Below, one piece after another: positions 1 through 11,475 of a DNA stretch of 64,000 nucleotides; within the stretch, counting starts at the first letter, position 1; each line of letters opens with the position of its first letter. The DNA is from Mobula hypostoma (lineage: Eukaryota): the NCBI RefSeq assembly GCF_963921235.1, contig NC_086107.1, positions 98,582,001-98,646,000 on the forward strand, in the 5' to 3' direction. The position numbers were made by a program, and so were the translations under genes. The notes beneath the pieces were generated by a model. That model did not search any database. It worked only from the letters and a program-made list of their open reading frames with translations, and was not told where the DNA came from.

Positions 1-125
1 TCAGTTGCAGGAACGATGCTGGAATCTCTATTAAAGTATTTGAGCAGAAATAACATGGAATTAAAAGGAAAATCACATTTGTCTGCTCAGCTGGAGTTAT
101 GGAGTAGATAAAGGGAAAACAGTTG

Positions 126-1013
126 TCCATTCCATTCGTCCCCCCCATCCCTCCCCACTGATCTCCCTCCTGGCACTTACCCGTGTAAGCGGAACAAGTG
201 CTACACATGCCCTTACACTTCCTCCCTTACCACCATTCAGGGCCCCAGACAGTCCTTCCAGGTGAGGCGACACTTCACCTGTGAGTCGGCTGGGGTGATA
301 TACTGCGTCCGGTGCTCCTGATGTGGCCTTCTATATATTGGCGAGACCCGACGCAGACTGGGAGACTGCTTTGCTGAACACCTACGCTCTGTCCACCAGA
401 GAAAGCAGGATCTCCCAGTGGCCACACATTTTAATTCCACATCCCATTCCCATTCTGACATGTCCTCTACTGTAAAGATGAAGCCACACTCAGGTTGGAG
501 GAACAACACTTTATATTCCGTCTGGGTAGCCTCCAACCTGATGGCATGAACATTGACTTCTCTAACTTCCGCTAATGCCCCACCTCCCCCTCGTACCCCA
601 TCCGTTATTTATTTTTATGCACACATTCTTTCTCTCACTCTCCTTTTTCTCTCTCTGTCCCTCTGAATATACCCCTTGCCCATCCTCTGGTTCCCCCCCC
701 CCACCTCCTTGTCTTTCTTCCCGGACCTCCTGTCCCATGATCCTCTCGTATCCCCTTTTGCCAATCACCTGTCCAGCTCTTGGCTCCATCCCTCCCCCTC
801 CTGTCTTCTCCTATCATTTTGGATCTCCTCCTCCCCCTCCCACTTTCAAATCTCTTACTAACTCTTCCTTCAGTTAGTCCTGACGAAGGGTCTCGGCCTG
901 AAACGTCGACTGTACCTCTTCCTAGAAATGCTGCCTGGCCTGCTGCGTTCACCAGCAACTTTGATGTGTGTTGCTTGAATTTCCAGCATCTGCAGAGTTC
1001 CTGTTGTTTGTGT
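126..1013 (+). mobile_element. 5'-truncated Penelope-like element (Neptune-type): GIY-YIG endonuclease end plus 3' UTR/pLTR
   Basis: Encodes the Cys linker CKRNKCYTC and RHFTCESAGVIYCVRCS..LYIGETRRRL, with stop at 573-575. Flanked by direct repeat AACAGTTG (118-125, 1014-1021). Confidence 0.9.
875..912 (+). ncRNA. Minimal type I hammerhead ribozyme motif in PLE pLTR
   Basis: TAGTC-CTGACGA-AGGGTCTCGGCCT-GAAA-CGTC-GACTG: CUGANGA at 880-886, GAAA at 900-903, GUC at 905-907, stem I TAGTC/GACTG. Confidence 0.8.
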
Positions 1014-1582
1014 AACAGTTGACACAGTGTGTTAGATTTTCAGAAAGTTTTCAATAAGATGTCACAAGGGGATGGTTAGCAAATTTAGATCACTTGTGGA
1101 GACCTGGATTGGCAATTGGTTGTGGACAGAAAACAGAGTAGGAATAAACAGATGCTGCTCAGGCCGTGGGATCGTCACTGGTGGGATACTACAGTGGTCA
1201 GCGCTGGGGCCCCAGTTACTCTCTTTCTTTCTTTTTAAATCTTTTTATTGAGTAAGTATACAAAAAAGGTAAGCCATATAAACATTAATACAATGTTAAA
1301 GTATAATAAAATTCCAAAAGATAACAATACCAAAAAGAAAATACTACAAACAATGTAATTTAAGCATAAGAAACCAAGATAACATAATAGTATACTAAAT
1401 TTTATATATATCAATGGAAAAAAAAAGAAAAAAAAACCCCAAAAAAAAAACCCACCGTGCAACTAACTAAAAGCAAAGCAAAGCAATGGGCTAACTTGAA
1501 ACCAAACAGAGTTAAACTTAAAATCACGTCCTCAATCCCGACCTCCATTAAAACAGTGAAGAAAAAACAAGAAGGGTAAATA

Positions 1583-4500
1583 TTACATTAAATGAAAATA
1601 TCGAATAAAAGGTCCCCAAATCTGTTCAAATTTAAATGAAGAATCATAAAGGTTACTTCTAATTTTCTCCAGATTCAAACATAAAATCGTCTGAGAAAAC
1701 CAAAAAAAGGTAGTTGGAGCATTAAGCTCTTTCCAATGTTGTAAAATACATCTTTTCGCCATTAAAGTAAGAAATGCAATCATTCTACGGGCTGAAGGGG
1801 AAAGATTACTAGAAATTTTAGGTAGTCCAAAGATAGCAGTAATAGGGTGAGGAGAGATATCTATATTTAATACCTTAGAAATAATATTGAAAATATCTCT
1901 CCAAAAAGTTTCCAAAGTAGGGCAAGACCAAAACATATGAGTTAAAGAGGCTATCTGCCCCGAACATCTATCACAGAAAGGATTAATATGCGAGTAAAAA
2001 CGCGCTAACTTATCTTTGGACATATGTGCTCTATGAACCACTTTAAATTGAATTAGGGAATGTTTAGCACAAATAGAGGAAGTATTAACTAATTGTAAAA
2101 TCTGCCCCCAATCATCCACAGAAATGGTAAGCTCCAATTCCTGTTCCCAATCTACCCTAATCTTATCAAATGGAGCTTTCCTAAGTTTCATAATAATATT
2201 ATAAATCATAGCCGATGCACCTTTCTGACATGGATTAAGGTTAATTATCGAATCTAAAATATATATAGGAGGAAGCATTGGAAAGGAAGTAAGTATAGTA
2301 CTTAGGAAATTTCTAACTTGTAAATATCTAAAAAAATGTATTCTTGATAAGTTATATTTATTAGATAATTGTTCAAAAGACATAAGGGAACCATCTAAAA
2401 ATAAATCCAAAAACCGTAAAATACCCTTAGTCTTCCAAGTTTGAAAAGCGCGATCCGTAAAAGAGGGAGGAAAAAATATGTTACCTAAAATAGGAATCGC
2501 TAACCCGAATTGATTAAGATCAAAAAATTTTCTGAATTGAAACCAAATGCGCAAAGCATATTTAACTATCGGGTTAGAGACCTGCTTAAGACGTTTCGAA
2601 TCAAAAGGAAGAGAGGAACCTAAAATAGAACCAAGTGTATAACCCTGAACAGATTGTAATTCCAATGCTACCCATTTAGGAATAAATAGTATATCCCGGT
2701 CAAGTAACCAAAATTTCATATGTCGAATATTAATAGCCCAATAATAAAATCTAAAGTTAGGTAATGCTAAACCTCCATCTCTCTTAGCTTTCTGTAAATG
2801 TATTTTACCCAGTCTCGGATTCTTGTTCTGCCAAATAAATGAAGAAATTTTAGAGTCAACTTTATCAAAAAAAGATTTAGGAATGAAAATTGGTAATGCC
2901 TGAAACACATATAAAAATTTTGGCAAAAAAAACATCTTAACTGCATTAATACGACCAATCAAAGTTAAATATAAGGGAAACCATTTAGATGAAAGTTGAG
3001 TAATATGGTCTATTAATGGTAAAAAGTTAGTCTTAAATAAATCTTTATGTTTACAAGTAATTTTAATCCCAAGATATGAAAAGTAATTATTAATCAATTT
3101 AAATGGAAATTTATAATATAAGGGAAGATGTTTATTAATCGGAAAAAGTTCACTCTTACTAAGATTTAATTTATAACCTGAGAAAAGACCAAATTGTGCT
3201 AATAACTCTAAAACAGCAGGAATGGATCTCTCAGGATTAGAAATATATAAAAGTAAATCATCAGCATAGAGTGATAATTTATGGGACTTTAATCCCCGAG
3301 TTATCCCAGTAATATTTAAAGATTCTCGAATAGCAATTGCAAGAGGTTCTAATGCAATATCAAATAATAGGGGACTAAGAGGACAGCCTTGTCGAGTACC
3401 ACGAAAGAGAGGAAAAAAAGGTGAGTTTAAGGAGTTAGTACGAACCGAGGCTACAGGGGAGTAATATAACAGTTTAATCCAGGATATAAATTTCAAGCTA
3501 AAATTAAACATTTCAAGCACCTTAAATAAATAAGGCCATTCTACTCTATCAAAAGCTTTCTCGGCATCTAAAGAAATAACACACTCAGGAACATTTTGTG
3601 AGGGAGTATAAACGATATTTAACAATGTACGAATATTATAAAAAGAGTAACGACCTTTAATAAAACCCGTTTGGTCTTCCGAAATAATAGAAGGAAGTAC
3701 TTTTTCTAGTCTATTTGCTAATAACTTAGAAAAAACTTTAGAATCAACATTTAATAAAGATATTGGTCTATAAGATGCACATTGAGCAGGGTCTTTATCC
3801 TTCTTTAGTATTAAAGAAATTGATGCTCTATTAAAAGATTCCGGAAGTTTACCAAGTTTCAAAGAAGCCTCAAAAACCTTATAGAGCCAAGGAATCAATA
3901 AAGAAGCAAAACATTTATAAAATTCAACGGTAAACCCATCAGGGCCAGGAGCTTTCCCCAGATTCATAGAAAAAATAACATTCTTAATCTCATCCATTGT
4001 AATGGAAGTATCTAATAAAGAAGACATATCCTGTGAAATCAGAGGGAAGTCTAACTTATCTAAAAAATCATTCATATATTTAGAATCTCGAGGAGACTCT
4101 GATTGGTATAAAGAAGAATAAAAATCACAAAAGGTTTGATTAATCCCCACATGATCCAATATCAATCGATCATTTTGGTTATAAATCTGATTGATTTGAG
4201 ATTTAACATAATTAGATTTCAATTGATTAGCCAGCAGCTTGCCAATTTTATCACTGTGAACATAAAAATCACTTCTTGTTTTCTTTAATTGGTTTACAAT
4301 CGAGGACGAGAGTAGTAAACTGTGTTCCATTTGAAGTTCAGTTCTTTGTTTGTATAGCTCCTCAGAAGGAGCCATAACATATTTCTTATCAATTTCTTTA
4401 ATCTTGTCCACAATTACCATCTCCTCCTGCTTCTGTTTCTTCCTCAAAGCAACGGAATACGAAATAATCTGACCCCGAATATAGGCTTTAAAAGTGTCCC

Positions 4501-5359
4501 AAAGAGTGTTAACCGAAATATCTTCTGTATGGTTAATTGTAAAAAAAAGCTCAATCTGTTCATTCATAAAATTAACAAAGTCCGAGTCCTGAAGCAACAG
4601 CGAATTAAAACGCCATTGTCTATTGTTTGGTATATTGGCCATAATTTTAATAGAAAGCTTAAGTGGAGCATGATCCGAAATGGTTATAGAATCATAATCA
4701 CATTTAATCACTGAAGGAATGAGACGAGAATCAATGAAAAAATAATCAATTCTTGAATAGGAATGATGAACATGTGAAAAGAAGGAAAAATCTTTTTCCT
4801 GAGGATGCAGAAAACGCCAAATGTCCGTCGACCCAGAATCAGAAAGGAAAAAATTAATCAAATTTGCAGATTTATTAGGTAAAGTCCGTAAAGGAGCCGA
4901 ACGGTCCAAAGCTGGAGATAAACGGGTATTAAGATCTCCGCCCCAAATCAATGAAAACTCGTTCAAATTCGGAAACTGATCAAACAATGATTTATAAAAT
5001 TCCGGACAATCCATATTAGGAGCATAAACATTAACCAAAACTACTTTTTTATTAAATAATAAACCACTAACCAATAAAAATCTACCATTCGGATCAGAGA
5101 TAATATCCTGTTGTATAAAAGTAACTGAGGAGTCTATAAAAATAGAGACGCCTCGAATCTTAGCATTGGAGTTCGAATGAAATTGTTGTCCCTTCCAAAA
5201 TTTGAAAAAACGTAGTCTGTCCCCCCTCCGTACATGGGTCTCTTGTAAAAATAAAATTTGTGCTTTAAGTCTCCGGAACACTTTAAAAACTTTTTTCCTT
5301 TTAATAGGATGATTAAGACCATTAGTATTCCAGGAGACAAAATAAATAATAGACTCCAT
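1583..5359 (-). CDS. L1 ORF2p (APE endonuclease, reverse transcriptase, C-terminal CCHC motif), about 1258 aa from ATG 5359
   Basis: Uninterrupted ORF with SWNTNGL, FLQETH, NVYAPN, GGDLN, SRIDY, SDHAP (EN); KAPGPDG, YRPISLLN, LDAEKAFD, GTRQGCPLSP, LYADD, YLGI (RT); CDRC..HMFWSC. Confidence 0.95.
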   Translation of the reverse strand: MESIIYFVSWNTNGLNHPIKRKKVFKVFRRLKAQILFLQETHVRRGDRLRFFKFWKGQQFHSNSNAKIRGVSIFIDSSVTFIQQDIISDPNGRFLLVSGLLFNKKVVLVNVYAPNMDCPEFYKSLFDQFPNLNEFSLIWGGDLNTRLSPALDRSAPLRTLPNKSANLINFFLSDSGSTDIWRFLHPQEKDFSFFSHVHHSYSRIDYFFIDSRLIPSVIKCDYDSITISDHAPLKLSIKIMANIPNNRQWRFNSLLLQDSDFVNFMNEQIELFFTINHTEDISVNTLWDTFKAYIRGQIISYSVALRKKQKQEEMVIVDKIKEIDKKYVMAPSEELYKQRTELQMEHSLLLSSSIVNQLKKTRSDFYVHSDKIGKLLANQLKSNYVKSQINQIYNQNDRLILDHVGINQTFCDFYSSLYQSESPRDSKYMNDFLDKLDFPLISQDMSSLLDTSITMDEIKNVIFSMNLGKAPGPDGFTVEFYKCFASLLIPWLYKVFEASLKLGKLPESFNRASISLILKKDKDPAQCASYRPISLLNVDSKVFSKLLANRLEKVLPSIISEDQTGFIKGRYSFYNIRTLLNIVYTPSQNVPECVISLDAEKAFDRVEWPYLFKVLEMFNFSLKFISWIKLLYYSPVASVRTNSLNSPFFPLFRGTRQGCPLSPLLFDIALEPLAIAIRESLNITGITRGLKSHKLSLYADDLLLYISNPERSIPAVLELLAQFGLFSGYKLNLSKSELFPINKHLPLYYKFPFKLINNYFSYLGIKITCKHKDLFKTNFLPLIDHITQLSSKWFPLYLTLIGRINAVKMFFLPKFLYVFQALPIFIPKSFFDKVDSKISSFIWQNKNPRLGKIHLQKAKRDGGLALPNFRFYYWAINIRHMKFWLLDRDILFIPKWVALELQSVQGYTLGSILGSSLPFDSKRLKQVSNPIVKYALRIWFQFRKFFDLNQFGLAIPILGNIFFPPSFTDRAFQTWKTKGILRFLDLFLDGSLMSFEQLSNKYNLSRIHFFRYLQVRNFLSTILTSFPMLPPIYILDSIINLNPCQKGASAMIYNIIMKLRKAPFDKIRVDWEQELELTISVDDWGQILQLVNTSSICAKHSLIQFKVVHRAHMSKDKLARFYSHINPFCDRCSGQIASLTHMFWSCPTLETFWRDIFNIISKVLNIDISPHPITAIFGLPKISSNLSPSARRMIAFLTLMAKRCILQHWKELNAPTTFFWFSQTILCLNLEKIRSNLYDSSFKFEQIWGPFIRYFHLM

Positions 5360-6080
5360 AAATCCTAAAGTCAACCCATAACAAGGAGGATTGACAATAG
5401 GCGCGACCCACAGACCCGGAGAGGAAACAGAACATACAAAAGATACCGGGGAAAAGGACGTAACCAATACTTCAATAATGTATATAGCCCAAAGAGAAAC
5501 AAACTAAAACGTGAAGCCCCTCCCACCACCCCCCACCCCAGGACCCCAAGGCGAAATCTAAAGCAGACCCGCCAGAAAGAAGCAAGCGCTAAAACTACCC
5601 CCATGACTTCCGGTATACGCTCCCTAAAAAAAAGGTATAAATATGAAAAGGATCAGCTAATTGTAAAACAGTAAAAAAAATAAGTAAAAAAAAGTTAGCT
5701 CAATTAAAATACACACAGAACAGAACAAAAGCCGGAAAGTATATATTAAAAAAAAACCACAATAAACCTCAAACTCATGAATAGACACAGCAACAAAAAA
5801 AATAGGATTATTAACATAAAATGATTATAAAAAGCAAAACAGAATAAAATTTAAAAAAAACTACAAAATTTAAGGCCGCACAGGAAATACGTAAGATGAC
5901 AAAAGGGAAGTAACCACCCAGAATCCCCTGGGAAAAGAAAGAAATGACGCAGTTAAAAAGAAAGTTTAGCAGCCATATTAAGAAATCAAAAGTAAACTTT
6001 TCTGCCCAAATAGGGCACAGAAAAGTTAAAACCAACCAATTCACAGCCTCCGATCAACGGAGATAATTAAAAAAAGGCAA

Positions 6081-6959
6081 TTAAGATGTTGAAGATGAAA
6101 GTTGATCCAGATAACTCTGGGCATCCGATGGAGAATCAAAAAAACGAAGGGCTCCATCTGACATGCGAATCCTTAGACGTGCAGGGTACAGCAGCGCTGG
6201 TCTTAAATCCATCTTATAGAATTCCGACATCACGGATCTGTAACGAACCCGTTGGTCCCAAATTGGTTTACTGAAATCTTCCACGAATCGGAACTTAAGA
6301 TCCGAAAAATCAATGAAACCTTTAGATCGAGCGAATCGAAACAGTCTCTCCTTGTCTTGAAAGTAATGAAAACGTAAGATAACATGCCTAGGTCTATCTG
6401 ACCTAGACGAGTATGATGGGATTCTGTGAACACGATCCAGTAGCGGTGGTTGGTCAAGAAATACAGTAGGGAATTCATCTTTTAAACGTTGGGAGAAATA
6501 TTTCATAGGGTTAGCTTCCACGGCTTCCCTGACGCCAATCATTCGTAAATTCTGCCGTCGCATTCTAGATTCCAAGTCAGAGTTTTTAAAAGTCAAAAAG
6601 TCAAGTTTCTTCTTCATTACATTAATTGTTTCTTCGACTTTCCCCATCTTAAGCTCACTTTGTTGCGCGGATTTTTGAAGACCAGATATAGCCGACTGAT
6701 GTTCCGCAATACATGTTTGCATCTTATCAATTAAGTCGGCAATTTTCTGGAACTTAGTTGAGATTTCCATATGAATCAGGTCTTTAACAGAGCCCATAAT
6801 TTCTGTACGAATCATCTCCCTAACAGAGGTTGAAATTTCCCTCTGAATTAACTCCGATATAGCTTCCAAAGTCACCGGTGATTCAGTCGGAGGGAGATCC
6901 GTAGCTTTCGGTTTAACCGGAGGTTTACCATCCTTGCCGTCTTTCCCGTTCTTAGACAT
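6081..6959 (-). CDS. L1 ORF1p (coiled coil, RRM, CTD)
   Basis: Open ORF with a heptad region, then DLESRMRRQNLRMIGV, LDRVHRI, PRHVILRF, FVEDFS and LLYPARLRI, typical of fish L1 ORF1. Alternative upstream ATG at 6977. Confidence 0.9.
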   Translation of the reverse strand: MSKNGKDGKDGKPPVKPKATDLPPTESPVTLEAISELIQREISTSVREMIRTEIMGSVKDLIHMEISTKFQKIADLIDKMQTCIAEHQSAISGLQKSAQQSELKMGKVEETINVMKKKLDFLTFKNSDLESRMRRQNLRMIGVREAVEANPMKYFSQRLKDEFPTVFLDQPPLLDRVHRIPSYSSRSDRPRHVILRFHYFQDKERLFRFARSKGFIDFSDLKFRFVEDFSKPIWDQRVRYRSVMSEFYKMDLRPALLYPARLRIRMSDGALRFFDSPSDAQSYLDQLSSSTS

Positions 6960-7147
6960 AGCCGATCTCAGTATCATCCAATTGTCAGAGAATTCAGTTT
7001 AATTCAAAGTATTGTAAAAATTGATGCCTTAATAGTTAATTAAAGTATAGCTGACCATAGAGAGAAAAAACTCAGAGGTAATGGAGCGAGTCAAGAACGC
7101 GACTTCACTCCATGAGCGCTACCGGAAGTCTCTGTTACTCTCATATA

Positions 7148-7214
7148 CAGTACTGTGCAAACGTCTCAGGCACCTCACCTATATATATGTGCCTAAGACG
7201 TTTGCACAGTGCTG
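7148..7214. mobile_element. 67-bp palindromic Tc1/mariner-type MITE
   Basis: CAGTACTGTGCAAACGTCTCAGGCAC...GTGCCTAAGACGTTTGCACAGTGCTG inverted arms with TA on both sides (7146-7147, 7215-7216). Confidence 0.85.
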
Positions 7215-8479
7215 TACATCAACCATTTAGCTAAAGGGACCAAATCTCACATTTCCAAGCTACAAAACTAGGTGGGACAGGGAGAGGGGATGTATCAAGC
7301 TGAATGAGTGGTCAAGCACAAGTGGTGAAAAGTTATTAACTTTGAAACAAAACTGGACAGTTAAGTATGTTTTGATAAGATAATATTAAAAGGACCTGTG
7401 TGTCCTTGTACACAGTGTTGAGAGCCAACATGCAGGTGTAGAAGATGATCAAGAAGGGAAATGGCCATTATCACGAGGGCTTGAGGACAAGGATAGGGAT
7501 ATCTTATTGCAATTATATCTGGCCTCGATGAGACATTGTATTCTGTACAAATTTGGTCTGCTTACCTTTAATGAGGATATGCTTGCTGCACAGGCAGTGC
7601 AGCAAGTACTCAGTAGACTGAATCCTGAGATGGTGGGTTTCCTCTGTGAAGAGAGGTTCTCTAGCGTTTAGAAGAAAGCAAAGTGATCTCATTGAAGCAA
7701 TGGAGCTTGAGAAGCAGGATGCAGGGAGGATGTTTCCCATGGCTGAGAACTGAAGAACCAGGGGTTATGGGCTCAGAATAACGGTAGACCAATTAGCAGT
7801 CAGGTGAGATGTTTCTTCAGTCTAAGACTGGAGAATTTTTGGCATTCATTCCTCTGGAGGGCTTTGAAGGCTCAGTCACCAAGTTCATTCAGAGCAGGGA
7901 TTGATCGATTTCAGGATATTAAGGGAATAGAGGCATTAATTGATCAAGATATCACTGCTATTCCCAACATTAGTCACCTTCTGACATTCTCAGTGTATTT
8001 TTCATTTCTCACTTGACACAGAAATAGGAAGATTTCTCTCACCACCACTGGTCAAACTGACATTCACATTGACTTTGAGATTGGGCTGCATGGTGGCACA
8101 GCAAGTTGCTGCTGCTACCTCACAGTAACAGGCCCCAGCTTTGATCCAGACCTCAGGCGCTGACTGTGGAATTGGCATGTTCTGCATTTGGGGTTACTTA
8201 CAGTGGCTATTCAATCTATCAGCACACCTTTGAGATATGGCTGGGAATGGAGCATCCAGAGAAAGCCCACGTGATCACAGAACATGCAAATTCCACTCAC
8301 ACCATGAAAAGTCAATTTTGAACACAGGTTCTACAGCTCTGTCCACTATTCCACTCCACTGCCCTACTTGTGAGATTACCTGACTTCCTCTGTATTCCAA
8401 TTTGCAAATTTCCTCATGACTCCCCTCTTTCCTCCTTGGTCCTTACCCTAAACCAATGCTTTCTTGTTTAGACACTTGT

Positions 8480-11300
8480 GCCTTGAGGAAAAGGTTCTCG
8501 CACTCTATGCCCCTCTCTATTCTCACTTCTGTTCATGCACAGGTTATCTCAAATAGTTCCCACCCCATCCCTTAGCCTCCTCCAATCCAAGATGAACAGA
8601 CCCAGCTGATGCAGCCTCTCCCCACAAGTAAAACACTTCATCTCATGTTATGTCATGAGAGATCTCCTCTGCACCCTCTCCAATGCAACGACACACTGTA
8701 TTTCCTGTAGTGGCAACCAGAAGTGCACACAGTTTGCCAAATGTGGCCAAAGAATAGTTATATAAAGCTGTATTATGATCTTCATGTTCTTGTATTGTTT
8801 GCCCTGGCTATTGAAAGCTGAAGTGGGATCCTAAGATATATGCACTGAGGTCTGTTTGTTCTTCAGTGTCCCCGACCATTCACTGTGTATGTTCTACCTT
8901 TATTGGTCCTCCCAAAATGCATCACTTTACAATTACTCGGATTAAATTCAACCTGCCATTACTCTGCCCAATTTAGAGTCATAGAAAAGTACTGCACAGG
9001 AACAGGTCCTTCAGCCCATCTAGTCCATGCCAAAACTATTTAAACTGCCTACTCTCATCAACCTGCACTGGGACCATAGCCCTCCATACCCCTACATTTC
9101 CAAACTTCACTTAAGCATTGAAATGAAGCTTGTATGCACCACTTGTGCTGGCAGCTCATTCCACACTCTCACCACCCTCTGAGAGAAGAGGCTTCCCCTC
9201 ATGTTCCCCTTAAACTTTACACCTTTCACCCTTAACCCATAACCTCTGGTTGTTGTCCCACCTGGCCTCAGTGGAAAAAGCCTGTTTTGCATTTACCCTA
9301 TACCCCTCTTAATTTTGTGTATCTCTATCAAATCTCTCAATCTTCTACATTCCAAGGAATAATGTCCTAATATATTCAATCTTTCAACCTTATTTACATC
9401 TTTCCCATAGGTTGGTGACCAAAGCTGCTCACAATACTCCAAACTACGCCTCACCGACAGCTTATACAACTTCCACGTGACATCCCATCTCCTGTACTCA
9501 ATACATTGATTTATGAAGGCCAATATGCCAAAAGCTTTCTTTATAACCCTATCCACCTGTGACATCACTTTCAATGAATTATGGACCTGTATTCCCAGAT
9601 CCCTTTGTTCTACCACACTCCTCAGTGCCCTACCTGCTCACTGCGCAAGACCTACCCTGGTTGGTCCTACTGAAGTGCAAACTCACATTGCTAACTCATC
9701 GATATAACTTGCAGCCTAAGACTACTCTCCTCATTATCGACATTGACTGCAAACTTACTGACATACATTAACAAAATTATGTGAGTATCTTTGATTAATC
9801 ATTGTATTTCCAATTGTACCTTAAACCTGTCTCTACCATTGACATCAGACTGGCTGTTCTGTATTTACATAGGTTACCCCACCTTATGTTCTTGTATAAA
9901 GTTAATGCATATGCTCTCCTCCAGTTTTCTGGCACCACCTATGGTCAACCGAGAGTTTAAATTCCATCACGGTATTTGCTGACTTAGCCTCCCACAGCAA
10001 CCTAGTCAGGATTTATTCACCTATAACTCCACTAAGCCACGTTTAATAACATTCTAGAGTTACACTGGACTAATTCATCAAGTTGTCAAACTACAATGGC
10101 CTCTCTACAGTGAATATGGATGAAGAATACCAATTCAAAATCTCATCTACTTCCCTTAATTCCGTTCACAGATTCATCCTGAATGGACTTTATCTTTGTC
10201 ATTAATGTACTTATATAAAAATGTTTTGGAGTTTTCCTTAGCCTGGTCCTTCAAATATTCTGTGCCCCTTCTGTGCCCTCCTAATGTTTTGTCAGTTTCC
10301 TAAACTTTTTACACTCTTGAAAGACCTCATATTTCCAGTTCCTGTACCTGCCATATGCCTCATTTCCTTCCTTTATCCAACCATTGATATCCAAGTTCCT
10401 TGGACTTGCTGTCCTTACTTTTCTTCTTTATGGGAACACATTGGTCCTGAACTCTCACTTTTTCATGTTTAAATCACTCCCACATGTTGAATTTACCTTT
10501 GAGTATTTGCTCCCAGTCCAGATTACCAGGTCCTATCTAATGATGTTGATCCCTGCAAGATCAATATTAGCCCGCCATTCATAGCATATGTCCTGGCCTT
10601 GTAATCCTTCCAAGATGCATCACCTCACATTTTCCAGATTCATTTCCATCTGCCATTTCTCTGCCCAAATTACTAACTTGCCAATTTAGATTCTGTGGTC
10701 ACAGGCTAGCTTCCTAATTACAAACTTTTATCTGTGAATTTGCTAATCATTCCTCATACATTGACATCCATGTTTGTTAATGTATATAACATAGGAAGTA
10801 TCCAAGCACAGGTACTTTCCAATCACAAAACCAAACCTCCTCCGCCACCCTTTGCCTTCTATCACCAAGCCAGTTTAAAATTCAATTCACCAAATTCCCT
10901 TGGATCTAATTTGATTTTGGACCAATCTCCTGTGTGGTGTTTTGTCAAGTTCTTGAATGATGTCCCTGTAGCCTACATCAACCACCATATGCCCTCCACT
11001 CTATTGAGCAGTTGTGCTCTTTCTGCTTACTATGTCAGTCTCATAACTTCATCATCTTTAATTCAGACACATCCTCGGGCTGTGTTCCAAAAAAAAACAC
11101 TTCAGATTACCTTATGTTTCCTCATAACTAAAATTGCCCAACCTGGTAATATCCTTAAATATCCTATCCATGCTCCAATAAGTAATAAATTTCCTGTAAG
11201 ATAGATGTAACTATCAGCATTGTGCTAGCTGTAGAAACAAGAGTTTATTTAATGTGACCACCTTGCCTTTATTGTCTTGTCTTAACCAATAAGACAGATA
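8480..11300 (-). mobile_element. Cluster of degenerate CR1-type LINE fragments
   Basis: Minus-strand peptides QRDLGIQVHNSLKV..KAFGILAFI..LEYCEQLWSP and TRGYGLRVKG..FSQRVVRVWNELP at 9107-9616. Older CR1-like pieces either side; boundaries approximate. Confidence 0.65.
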
Positions 11301-11310
11301 TTCCTTAAGC

Positions 11311-11475
11311 AACACACACAAAATGCTAGAGGAACTCAGCAGGTCAGGCCGATCTATGGAAAAGAGTAAACAGTCGACATTTCGGGCTGGGAGCCTTCTT
11401 CGGGATTCTGAGTTCCTCCAGCATTTTGTGTGTGTTGCTTTGGATTTCCAGCATCTGCAGATTTTCTTGTGTTTG
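11311..11475. mobile_element. 165-bp fold-back PLE-derived insertion (inverted pLTR part with degenerate hammerhead plus direct 3' tail)
   Basis: GCAACACACACAAAATGCTAGAGGAACTCAG pairs with CTGAGTTCCTCCAGCATTTTGTGTGTGTTGC. Flanked by AGATATTCCTTAAGC at 11296-11310 and 11476-11490. Confidence 0.85.

Larger units (their letters stand above)
1224..7133 (-). mobile_element. Full-length L1-clade LINE (about 5.9 kb)
   Basis: 5' end GACTTCCGGT, ORF1, about 720-bp spacer, ORF2, AATAAA (1244-1249 minus) and (GAAA)n tail. TSD GTTACTCTC at 1215-1223 and 7134-7142. Confidence 0.95.
1..7930 (+). mobile_element. Old degenerate CR1-clade LINE RT region, interrupted by three younger insertions (PLE 126-1013, L1 1224-7133, MITE 7148-7214)
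   Basis: Removing the inserts rejoins CR1-type RT motifs: RVDKGKTV|DTVCLDFQKVFNKM (cf. VDVVYLDFQKAFDKV) and SALGPQLL..YINHL (cf. SVLGPQLFTIYINDL). CR1-like 3' sequence continues to about 7930. Confidence 0.75.
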
